A stretch of DNA of 64,000 nucleotides from Gammaproteobacteria bacterium (GTDB lineage: Bacteria; Pseudomonadota; Gammaproteobacteria; Natronospirales; REEB76): the NCBI GenBank assembly GCA_027315405.1, contig DAHUYB010000071.1:19336-83335 (forward strand), given 5' to 3'. A model generated the notes under the pieces. It was not told where the DNA came from, did no database searches, and was given only the letters and a program-made list of their open reading frames with translations. Shown here one piece after another: positions 25,419 to 33,597 of this stretch. A program made the translations under genes and the position numbers. Every line of letters starts with the position of its first letter. Positions within the stretch are counted from its first letter, which is position 1.

Positions 25419-25895
25419 TCAGTTTGCCGGGTTCGGCAGCGATAGGTTGCGGTAGAGCTTCCAATGGCCATCGGTTTGCTGGCGCCAGATGGCGAGATAC
25501 CTGCCGGCGGCGACTTGGCCATTCCCGCGAACTGATCCCGCGGTGCCCCATTCATAGATGAAGTTTTGGTCGCGTACGGAGCCCAGGGAATGCACCGTGG
25601 CCACCTGTGCCGCCCCGTATTTCAAGAACTCCGCGTGCAGTTGTTTGCGGATCGCCGCGCGTCCACGCACACATTTGCCGTCCGGCCCACAGTCCACGGC
25701 ATCCGCAGTGAAAATGCCCGCGATCATGTCAGCGTTGCCCTGTTTCATGCCGGCGACCCAGGCCTCGTTGCCGGCGGTAATATCGGCGACAGCCGCCATG
25801 CCCGGGTCATGGTTGCCCGCGGGGCCGGCAATCGCCAAACCGCTGACCAGTAACAGGATGGCAATACACGTTGATTTCAGTTTGCGGTCATTCAT
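25419..25895 (-). CDS. Secreted SnoaL/DUF4440-like (NTF2-fold) protein
   Basis: 158 aa with a signal peptide (CIAILLLVSGLAIAG). The pattern NEAWVAGMKQGNADMIAGIFTADAV...GRYLAIWRQQTDGHWKL is typical of DUF4440/SnoaL-like proteins. Confidence 0.65.
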   Translation of the reverse strand: MNDRKLKSTCIAILLLVSGLAIAGPAGNHDPGMAAVADITAGNEAWVAGMKQGNADMIAGIFTADAVDCGPDGKCVRGRAAIRKQLHAEFLKYGAAQVATVHSLGSVRDQNFIYEWGTAGSVRGNGQVAAGRYLAIWRQQTDGHWKLYRNLSLPNPAN

Positions 25896-26124
25896 GGAAA
25901 GCCTCGCGTAGGGATCACAAAGGCACCCGCGTTGCCACGGGCGACCAGAGGTTTATAGCACCCCGGATAACGCTTTCCAGCAATACAAAAATTATTCAGA
26001 TTTAATTCAGTTTCAGGGGATCATCGTGGTGAAACACCCTGTGAAATTTCATCCGCATCGGCGAACGAACACCAGTATCTGTGGATAAAGGCAGGTTGAT
26101 CGGCGTGGTCATTGTTCAATACGC

Positions 26125-26156
26125 AAAAAGAAAGGGCCTGTGCGCCGCACAGGCCC
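26125..26156 (-). terminator. Rho-independent terminator of the M13 peptidase gene
   Basis: Stem GGGCCTGTG / CACAGGCCC (9 bp) with a 5-nt loop. On the minus strand it is followed by TTTCTTTTT. Confidence 0.75.
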
Positions 26157-26173
26157 TGGTTGCGCGATTACCC

Positions 26174-28222
26174 CTACCAAATCACGCAAATAGGCTGGTT
26201 CACCATCGGGCTCTTTCCCGGCACATGAAAAGCCTGCTGGAATTGCGGCAGGTTGGCCAGGGTGCCGTTCACCCGATACATGGCCGGCGGATGCGGATCC
26301 GTCGTCACCCGGTTGCGTGCCTCTGCGGGGCGAATGTTGCTCGCCCAGACGTGGGCTGCGCCCAGGAAGAACTGCTGGTCCGGCGTGAAGCCGTCAATGG
26401 TCTTGGCCTCTTTGTAATACGGCGAGGCATGGAAGGCGCGCCACGCGAGTTTCAAGCCGCCCAGGTCCGCGATGGCCTCGCCGGTCACCAGCTTGCCCTG
26501 CACGTGCACATCGCCATCCACGGTGTAGCTGGAGAACTGCTTGACGATGCATTTCACGTTCTTCTCGAAATGCCGTTTATCCGCCCTAGTCCACCAGTTC
26601 TTCAGATTGCCGTGGCCGTCAAATTTGCTGCCCTGATCGTCAAAGCCGTGGGTGGTCTCATGGCCCATGACGTAGCCGATGGCGCCGTAGTTCACCGCCA
26701 TGGGGGCCTGGGGATCGAAAAACGGCGGCTGCAGGATGCCGGCTGGGAAGTTGATGTTGTTCATGGAGGGATCGTAGTAGGCATTCACCGTTTGCGGTGT
26801 CATGAACCACTCGCTCTTGTCCACCGGCTTGTCAATCTTGTTGAGTTCGCGGTTGTTCTCGAACTCATTGGCGCGCATCACGTTCAATACATACGGTCCC
26901 CGGTCAATGCTGAGGGCGGAATAATCACGCCACTTGTCCGGATAACCGATGCGCTCGCCCATGAGCGCGAGTTTCTTGATGGCCGCCTCGCGGGTCTTGG
27001 GACTCATCCAGGAAATAGTTTCCATATCGCTGTGCAAGGCGGCGCGGATGCCGTGCAGGATGTCCAGCACGGCTGCCTTGGAGGAGGGGGGGAATTTCTT
27101 TTCCACGTAGGCTTTGCCGACCGCGAAACCCAGCACATTGTTTTCCGCGCTGACGACGCGTTTCCAGCGGGGCAGCAGTGCCTTGGCGCCGGTGAGCATG
27201 GACTGCATCTTGAAATCTTCATCCACGAAGGGCTGGGACAGATACGGCGCGAAGGCATCCAGCAACTGCCAGCGTAGATAAATCTTCCAGTTGTTCAGGG
27301 GCACACTTGCCAGTTCATTGCTCATGGCTTTAAAGAACTTGGGCATCGCCAGGTTGACGCTCTTGAGTTCCGGGTGGCCGAGATTGGCAAAATAATCCTG
27401 CCAGGAGAAGTTGGGGGTAGTCTTGTCCAATTGCACCAGGTTCATGACGTGATAAACGGCCAATGGATCACGCTGCTGCACCTGCGACATGGAGGCCTTG
27501 GCGAGGTGGGTCTCGATATCCATGACAATCCCGGCTTCACGTGCGGCATTGCCCTGGGTGTCGCCCAGCAATTCGAGACTGCGGGCAATGTGCTGTACGT
27601 AGGCCGCGCGGATCTTGGCGAACTTGGGATCCTTCTTGAGGTAATAATCCCGGTCCGGCAGACCCAGGCCACCCTGGCCCACCACCCCAATGACCTTGGT
27701 GGAATCCTTGAAGTCCTGCATTTGATCCATGCCGAACAGCGCGTTCACGCCGAGCATCTGCAGATGGGCGATCTCGGCCTGCAATTGTTTCTGGCCCTCG
27801 ATGTTGGCGATGCGTTCAAGCTCGGGTTCCAGGGGTTTGATGCCGGCCTGGTTGATGGCAGCCTCGTCCATGCCGCTGTAATAGAAATCGCCGATCTTCT
27901 GAGTGTCACTGCCGGGTTGCGCTTGGGTATCCTTGGCCGCATCTTCCAGTATCTGATGGATGGTATCCTCGTTCTGATTTTGCAGGATATTGAATGTTCC
28001 CCAGGTGGAATAAGCGGGCGGAATCGGATTGGCCTTTTGCCAGCCGCCGTTGGCGAACGCGTAGAAATTCTGTGCCGGGCTCACACTCCGGTCCAGCCAA
28101 TCGAGATGCAAACCCTCCATACTTGTGACCGCGGCATCGGATATGCCAGGCTTGCCGGCCGCGAATACGCTCAGCGGCACAGCGCAGAGCACACTGATAA
28201 GAAGATAGTGGGTCAGTCGCAT
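26174..28222 (-). CDS. M13-family zinc metallopeptidase (PepO / endothelin-converting-enzyme-like)
   Basis: HExxH motif in VMGHETTHGFDDQG and a downstream GEAIADLGG block. Start set at ATG 28222 (GGAGG SD, then signal peptide MRLTHYLLISVLCAVPLSVFA) rather than the ORF-track start at 28342. Confidence 0.88.
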   Translation of the reverse strand: MRLTHYLLISVLCAVPLSVFAAGKPGISDAAVTSMEGLHLDWLDRSVSPAQNFYAFANGGWQKANPIPPAYSTWGTFNILQNQNEDTIHQILEDAAKDTQAQPGSDTQKIGDFYYSGMDEAAINQAGIKPLEPELERIANIEGQKQLQAEIAHLQMLGVNALFGMDQMQDFKDSTKVIGVVGQGGLGLPDRDYYLKKDPKFAKIRAAYVQHIARSLELLGDTQGNAAREAGIVMDIETHLAKASMSQVQQRDPLAVYHVMNLVQLDKTTPNFSWQDYFANLGHPELKSVNLAMPKFFKAMSNELASVPLNNWKIYLRWQLLDAFAPYLSQPFVDEDFKMQSMLTGAKALLPRWKRVVSAENNVLGFAVGKAYVEKKFPPSSKAAVLDILHGIRAALHSDMETISWMSPKTREAAIKKLALMGERIGYPDKWRDYSALSIDRGPYVLNVMRANEFENNRELNKIDKPVDKSEWFMTPQTVNAYYDPSMNNINFPAGILQPPFFDPQAPMAVNYGAIGYVMGHETTHGFDDQGSKFDGHGNLKNWWTRADKRHFEKNVKCIVKQFSSYTVDGDVHVQGKLVTGEAIADLGGLKLAWRAFHASPYYKEAKTIDGFTPDQQFFLGAAHVWASNIRPAEARNRVTTDPHPPAMYRVNGTLANLPQFQQAFHVPGKSPMVNQPICVIW

Positions 28223-28513
28223 AAAACCTCCGTTCTGACGCAAAACTGCATTAAAGTTAGATAGACCCCGGAATAAGGACTGGTTTTTCATCAGACAGTC
28301 TGTGGCGCACAGCAGGTTGATGAGCCATAGCGGCCGGTACATTCCAGCGCGCGGGAACGGATACTATCATAGGGCGTTAATATCCCGCCGCCGGGAACAT
28401 CAAGAGGTTCCCGAACACTGGCGCCGGTCCGGCCGCGCGTTCCGTAAGAGGCAAACGGTAGGGTGTATGGTTCTCTGTCTCCGATTAAACAATATAGATA
28501 GAGGAATGGACTC

Positions 28514-30433
28514 ATGAAAATGGTGATTGGCTACCTGGCCATAGTGCTGTCAATAGCCCTGGTGCCTGTGGCTCCTCCCGCGGTCGCCGCAGAGATCACC
28601 AGTACCTATCCCGGCACGCTCAACTTGCATGTGGATCTGAGCGACGCCCCCCGCAAGGTTTTTCATGTGCGAGAAGTGATTCCCGTGTCCCCGGGGCCGC
28701 TCACGCTCGATTACCCCAAGTGGATTCCCGGCGAGCATGCGCCCAGCGGGCCGCTGCAAAATATGGCGGGGCTGGTGATTACCGCCGATGGTGAGGCGCT
28801 GCCCTGGCGCCGGGATCTGGTGGACATGTACGCCATCCACGTGATCGTTCCCCAGGGCGTGCATGACCTGGGGGTGGCCTTCGATTTCCTCTCGCCCACC
28901 AGCGGCGGTGAATTCGGCCAGAGCGTGTCGGCCACGCCGAATATCGTTGACCTGGAATGGAATCAGGTGCTGGTGTATCCCGCGGGCTATGCCTCCAAAG
29001 CCATCACCTTCAGTGCCAGCGTCAAGCTGCCGGCCGGCTGGCAATATGCCACGGCTCTCGAACCCCATGATGGCGGCAGCGGTGATGTGCAGTTCAAATC
29101 CGTAACGCTCAACAACCTGGTGGATTCGCCGCTTATCGCCGGTGAATATTTCCGCCAGGTGAATCTGGCTCCGGGCGCCAAGGTGCCGGTGTACCTGGAT
29201 ATCGTGGCAGATGGGCCCGAGGATCTCGCCATCACGCCGCAGCAGGTGCAGCATTACCGCAATCTGGTGCAGCAGCAATACCGGATGTTCGGCGCGCACC
29301 ATTACGCTTCCTATCATTTCCTGTTCACCTTGTCGAACAGCACCGGGCATTTCGGCCTGGAACATCATCAGTCCAGTGACGACCGTACCTTCGCGAATTA
29401 CTTCATCAACTCCGATACCAATCTGGTGACGGCAGGGTTGCTGCCCCACGAATATACTCATTCCTGGAACGGCAAGTTCCGCCGCCCCTACGATCTGTGG
29501 ACGCCGGATTTCAATTCCGTGTCGGAAAAGGATGATTTGCTGTGGGTGTATGAAGGCCTGACGGAATACTGGGGAGAGGTGATGACCGCACGCAGTGGAT
29601 TGTGGACGCAGGAGGATTACCGTCAGGCGCTGGCACTGACGGCTGCCACCATGGACCATATGCCGGGACGCACCTGGCGTCCGTTGCAGGACACCGCCGA
29701 CGAGGCCTCGATCCTGTATTACGTTCCGGACGCCTGGCACAACTGGCGCCGCAGTGCCGGTGATTTCTATGCGGAAGGCACACTGATGTGGCTGGACGTG
29801 GATACCAAGATACGTGAGTTGAGCCATGGCCGCCGTAACCTCAACGACTTCGCGCGGAATTTCTTCGGCATCCACAACGGCAGCTATGTCACGGTAACGT
29901 ATAACTTCGACGACATCGTCAAGGCCTTGAACAGCGTGCAGCCCTATCACTGGGCGGCGTATCTGAAGAATATTCTCGACCGCAAACAATTCCACGCGCC
30001 GCTCGAGGGCATCACACGCGGGGGATACCGGCTGGTGTACACGGATCAGCCCTCGAAGTATGAGAAGGCCAGCGACCAGGTGCGCAAACAACTCAACGCC
30101 ATGTTTTCCATCGGCTTGCAGCTCGATATGGAGGACAAGAATAAGGGCGCGGTGCAGGATGTGTTGTGGAACGGTCCCGCCTATAAAGCCGGCCTGGCCC
30201 CGGGCATGCAGATCATCGCGGTGAACGGCCGTGCCTTCACCCCTGAAGTATTCCGGGACGCTATTCGCCGGGCTCAGGGTTCAACCGCCCCGATCCAATT
30301 GCTGGTGAAGAATCAGGACTTCTATCAGATATACAGCGTGGATTATCACGGCGGACTGCGGTACCCGCATCTGCGGCGGATAGAGACCCGGCCGGATTAT
30401 CTGGATCAGATCATCACGCCGCTCAAGCCGTAG
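28514..30433 (+). CDS. M61-family glycyl aminopeptidase with C-terminal PDZ domain
   Basis: Signal peptide, zinc motif HEYTHSWNGKFRRP and a PDZ-like C-terminus (GLAPGMQIIAVNGRAF). Confidence 0.85.
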   Translation: MKMVIGYLAIVLSIALVPVAPPAVAAEITSTYPGTLNLHVDLSDAPRKVFHVREVIPVSPGPLTLDYPKWIPGEHAPSGPLQNMAGLVITADGEALPWRRDLVDMYAIHVIVPQGVHDLGVAFDFLSPTSGGEFGQSVSATPNIVDLEWNQVLVYPAGYASKAITFSASVKLPAGWQYATALEPHDGGSGDVQFKSVTLNNLVDSPLIAGEYFRQVNLAPGAKVPVYLDIVADGPEDLAITPQQVQHYRNLVQQQYRMFGAHHYASYHFLFTLSNSTGHFGLEHHQSSDDRTFANYFINSDTNLVTAGLLPHEYTHSWNGKFRRPYDLWTPDFNSVSEKDDLLWVYEGLTEYWGEVMTARSGLWTQEDYRQALALTAATMDHMPGRTWRPLQDTADEASILYYVPDAWHNWRRSAGDFYAEGTLMWLDVDTKIRELSHGRRNLNDFARNFFGIHNGSYVTVTYNFDDIVKALNSVQPYHWAAYLKNILDRKQFHAPLEGITRGGYRLVYTDQPSKYEKASDQVRKQLNAMFSIGLQLDMEDKNKGAVQDVLWNGPAYKAGLAPGMQIIAVNGRAFTPEVFRDAIRRAQGSTAPIQLLVKNQDFYQIYSVDYHGGLRYPHLRRIETRPDYLDQIITPLKP

Positions 30434-30468
30434 ATTTTATGAGCGGCGCGGCTCGACGGTGGGCAGCA

Positions 30469-30497
30469 CCGGGGCGCTGTACCTGACAGCGCCCCGG
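30469..30497. terminator. Perfect 12-bp hairpin between convergent genes (no U-tract on either strand)
   Basis: CCGGGGCGCTGT ACCTG ACAGCGCCCCGG, read directly. Confidence 0.5.
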
Positions 30498-30520
30498 AAA
30501 TACAGCCGGCAGCCAGCGAC

Positions 30521-31930
30521 TCAGTGGCCCGATCCAGGCGCCGGCGGGTAATCGGAGCGGTAAATCGCCGGATTGGTGGGACCGCTCACCTCCAGGTAGC
30601 CTACCAGCCCGCGTTCCATGCGCGACAGCGCATGATCCACCAGCAGGTACTTGCCGGGTACTTCGGGCGTGAGTTCCACCATCACCGCGCCCCCCGGCGG
30701 CACCGATACGGTTTGCACGTCGCGCACCGGCGGCGATACCAGCGAACCCCACGCATAGACCCGGTCCATGATTTCGCCGATCACGTGGAAGGAGGAGGTG
30801 AAGTTGGGGCCGCCCACGCCGAAGAAGACGCGCACGCGGTCACCGACCTTGGCATGCAGCGGGTGATATTTCGTAAGTGCGCCCACTTCACCGTTGAACA
30901 CGAAGTAGGTGGGCTGCTCGTCCAGCAGTTTGTTGACGTCGAATTCCTGAGCGCCGCGCTGGCCGTAGGCGCCGGTGGTGTAGAGCTCGCCCTGCATCAC
31001 GTAGAATTCCTTGTCCATCTTCGGCAGGCCGCCGGCCGGCTCCACCAGGATCATGCCGTACATGCCGTTGGAGATGTGCTCCGCCACCATCGGCGTGGCG
31101 CAGTGGTACACGTACAGTCCGGGCTTCAGTGCCTTGAAGGTGAAGCTGCGTTCCTGCCCCGGCGGCACCTGCATCACCGCCGCGCCGCCGCCGGGGCCGG
31201 TGACCGCATGCAGGTCAATGGAGTGGATCATATGGCTGCCGGCCGCATTTTTCAGCGTCAGGGTCACGCTGTCGCCGACGCGCACCCGCAGCAGCGGTCC
31301 CGGCACCTTGCCATCGAAGGTCCAGTAGATATAGGTGGTGCCATCGGCGAGGCGGCCCTTCACTTCCTCAGTGGTGAGCGTGAAATGCACCTGCCCGGGG
31401 CCGCGAGCACCCACAGGCGGCGGCACATCGGCGGGATCGCGGCTAATGTCGCTGGCTTCCACTGCCTGGGTGGCCGTGGCCTTGCCCACCACAAGCTTGC
31501 CTTCCATGCCGGCCTGGCGGTGGCCCGGCAGGGTGCAGAAATAATCGAAGCGACCGGTCTGGTCGGCGCGGAACACAATCACCGTGCTGGCGTTCATACC
31601 CACCACATGATTCGAGAGTGCCTGGAACTCGGGCACGCTGATGTCATGCTCGGCGCCGTCGCCGTCAATGAGGGTGATCTGCACCACCGCGCCCGGCGCC
31701 ACCTTGAGGGTGGGGTTGTCCACGCCGTCAATGCCGTTGCCGACGCCGCGGAAGGTCATGCCCTTGGCGCCAATATGGGTCTTGAGGGTGAAACTTACAT
31801 CCGGCCGGTAGCTCGCGGGGAAATTGGGCAGATTGGATGTCTGGGCGCGTGCCGTCCCGCCCGCCGCTAACAATAACAGCACGAATAGCGTTGAATACAC
31901 ACGGGCGGACAGTAGGAATGAATGGCGCAT
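30521..31930 (-). CDS. nirK: Copper-containing nitrite reductase with an extra N-terminal cupredoxin domain (three-domain NirK)
   Basis: AAGGAGG SD and a signal peptide. The N-terminal blue-copper domain contains AEHDISVPEF...YFCTLPGHRQAGMEG. The NirK core contains HSIDLHAV (T2 Cu His) and YVYHCATPMVAEHISNGMYG (T1 Cu Cys/His/Met). Confidence 0.9.
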   Translation of the reverse strand: MRHSFLLSARVYSTLFVLLLLAAGGTARAQTSNLPNFPASYRPDVSFTLKTHIGAKGMTFRGVGNGIDGVDNPTLKVAPGAVVQITLIDGDGAEHDISVPEFQALSNHVVGMNASTVIVFRADQTGRFDYFCTLPGHRQAGMEGKLVVGKATATQAVEASDISRDPADVPPPVGARGPGQVHFTLTTEEVKGRLADGTTYIYWTFDGKVPGPLLRVRVGDSVTLTLKNAAGSHMIHSIDLHAVTGPGGGAAVMQVPPGQERSFTFKALKPGLYVYHCATPMVAEHISNGMYGMILVEPAGGLPKMDKEFYVMQGELYTTGAYGQRGAQEFDVNKLLDEQPTYFVFNGEVGALTKYHPLHAKVGDRVRVFFGVGGPNFTSSFHVIGEIMDRVYAWGSLVSPPVRDVQTVSVPPGGAVMVELTPEVPGKYLLVDHALSRMERGLVGYLEVSGPTNPAIYRSDYPPAPGSGH

Positions 31931-31987
31931 GTTGAATCCTCCTTAATTTACACCGTGTCATTATTGACTCCCGGCTCGGCGGATATA

Positions 31988-32001
31988 TTGACGCAGATCA
32001 A
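31988..32001. promoter_or_regulatory. FNR/Dnr/NnrR-type box upstream of nirK
   Basis: TTGACGCAGATCAA (TTGA-N6-TCAA palindrome), centred about 64 bp upstream of the nirK ATG. Confidence 0.6.
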
Positions 32002-32090
32002 CTGCTCCGCGGGTAACCTAGTGATGATCACCGTGCACCGCTACCGTGTGGACTCGGCGGAAAGGATTCTGAAGGGCAGGAAGTAGAAGC

Positions 32091-32111
32091 GATGGGTCAG
32101 GGTGACAGGAC
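32091..32111 (-). repeat. Partial direct copy of the tRNA-Pro 3' end (att-like remnant)
   Basis: Plus-strand GATGGGTCAGGGTGACAGGAC compared with GATGG-TCGGGGTGACAGGAT at 32377-32396. This includes an exact 11-mer GGGTGACAGGA, in the same orientation, 267 bp from the tRNA. Confidence 0.55.
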
Positions 32112-32378
32112 TCGCCGCACAGCGGCGAGCGCCCGCCCAGGGGTGAGCCGGATAGGAGCGAAGCGCTGCTTCGCGCCGGCGAACGGGCAGCCAAGGGCGA
32201 ATCGCACAGCGATGAGCGGCCCGCCAGGGACGGCGGGCCTGGACCTGCATGCAAAGCAGGCAATGCGTTACAGTCAGGACTGCCCTGGACTTTGCGGGCA
32301 GAGCAGGACGCGTAGCCCGTAAAGTGCGGGCCGGACAACCTGCCAAGGATGGCTCTGTGCAGATGGGAATGTGAATGA

Positions 32379-32455
<77 letters not shown>

Positions 32456-32661
32456 AAAGGTTGCATACTATAGGTGAAGGCCACGAGGGGTGCAATTGGT
32501 CCGTTAAACAGGGAAAAGGGATCTCCCGCCAATTCCGGGTGGCCGGGCTCCGGCTGCTCCGTTGAAATGATGCTGGCATGCAAACCGCGGGAAACAAGAT
32601 TGTATCTGTTGCCAGCAGACGGGTTCGTGAGACGCGGTTGCGCTGGTAGCCGCTCTCGCTC

Positions 32662-33320
32662 ATGGATGTCCTTGGCCAGCCTGATTACCGGGGTTTCGTG
32701 ACCGCGCTTATCTGGTTGGCGCTGATAGCCGTGTGCGTGTGGTGGGTCATTGTCGGCGATCTCTGGCCGCTCAATCTGTTCGGCGCCCATGCTGTCTTTG
32801 GTTTTTATCTGTCCTGGTTGGTATGCGTGTGGCTGATCATGTGGTTCGGGCTGGAATGGGCTGCATTGCCCGCGTATCTGGCAACGTTGTCTGGCCGTGG
32901 CGGTGTATTTCCGGTTCTATAGCGACCTGTCTCACGATTATTCACTGCGCGACCGCAAATCCTAGCTGATTTTCATCAGCACATCTCTGGTGGCCGCCAT
33001 CGTGAGTTCAATCGGTGCGTTTATCACTCAGTACAATGTCATTCCCGCCAGCACTACGCTCTGGTCCACCTGGGCTGGGTTGGTGGCCCAATGCTTTCCT
33101 GCAATCGGTGCTCATAGATGCTCCCTTGATCTATCTGTTCTGCCTTTCGTGGAAAGGCTCAAGCGGCGGTATTTCCCGTGCACCCCAACAGAGCCGTTTA
33201 CAATGCTGAAGTTGTTGTTGTCGGTCAGCATGTTTCTGCTGTACTTGGCGCTATTCATACTCCTGGATGACCACTGGCAGCCGGAAGCAAATAACCCTGG
33301 AAGGTGTGTCATTGGATGAG
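32662..33320 (+). pseudogene. Disrupted integral-membrane (possibly MASE1-like sensor) gene remnant
   Basis: Hydrophobic membrane-like ORF pieces switch between all three plus frames. Examples are FGFYLSWLVCVWLIMWFGLEWAALPAYLATL, then VAVYFRFYSDLSH, then AAIVSSIGAFITQYNV...LWSTWAGL, then GLGWWPNAFLQSVLIDAPLIYLF. Stops lie in between, and no single intact ORF remains. Confidence 0.4.
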
Positions 33321-33597
33321 ATGGTTAAGAGGGAGTTTATCCGTGAATGACGCAAACACAGCCATCATTCTGTTGATCGGTGCTGCTGGCCCATAAATTG
33401 CCGTGCGTGCCGGGATATGAAATATTGCAGTGGCTGTGAATGCACTCGGCGCCAATTCATGTCCGGTAAAACCGGCCGTGTTCGAGGGGTTCTCCACGCT
33501 GATGCTGTAGCAGTTATACTGGCTGATGTTGAGTGAACATCCGGAAATTGCCTGACTTCCGAATACCTCTCTAATAGATCGGCGAGCGATTGAGAAT

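Noticed and set aside
32010-32378. GC-rich, hairpin-dense segment next to tRNA-Pro, considered as RNase P RNA, tmRNA, SRP/4.5S RNA, 6S RNA or a cobalamin riboswitch.
   Set aside because: Neither strand contains the universal RNase P blocks (GGAAAGTCCGGGC, GGTAAGGGTGAAA, ACAGAACCCGGCTTA). The tmRNA tRNA-like ends, the SRP GGAAGCAGCC motif and the B12 box are also absent. The nirK FNR box places the nirK promoter outside this segment, so it is not a leader. It is kept only as an att-scar / unknown structured element finding.
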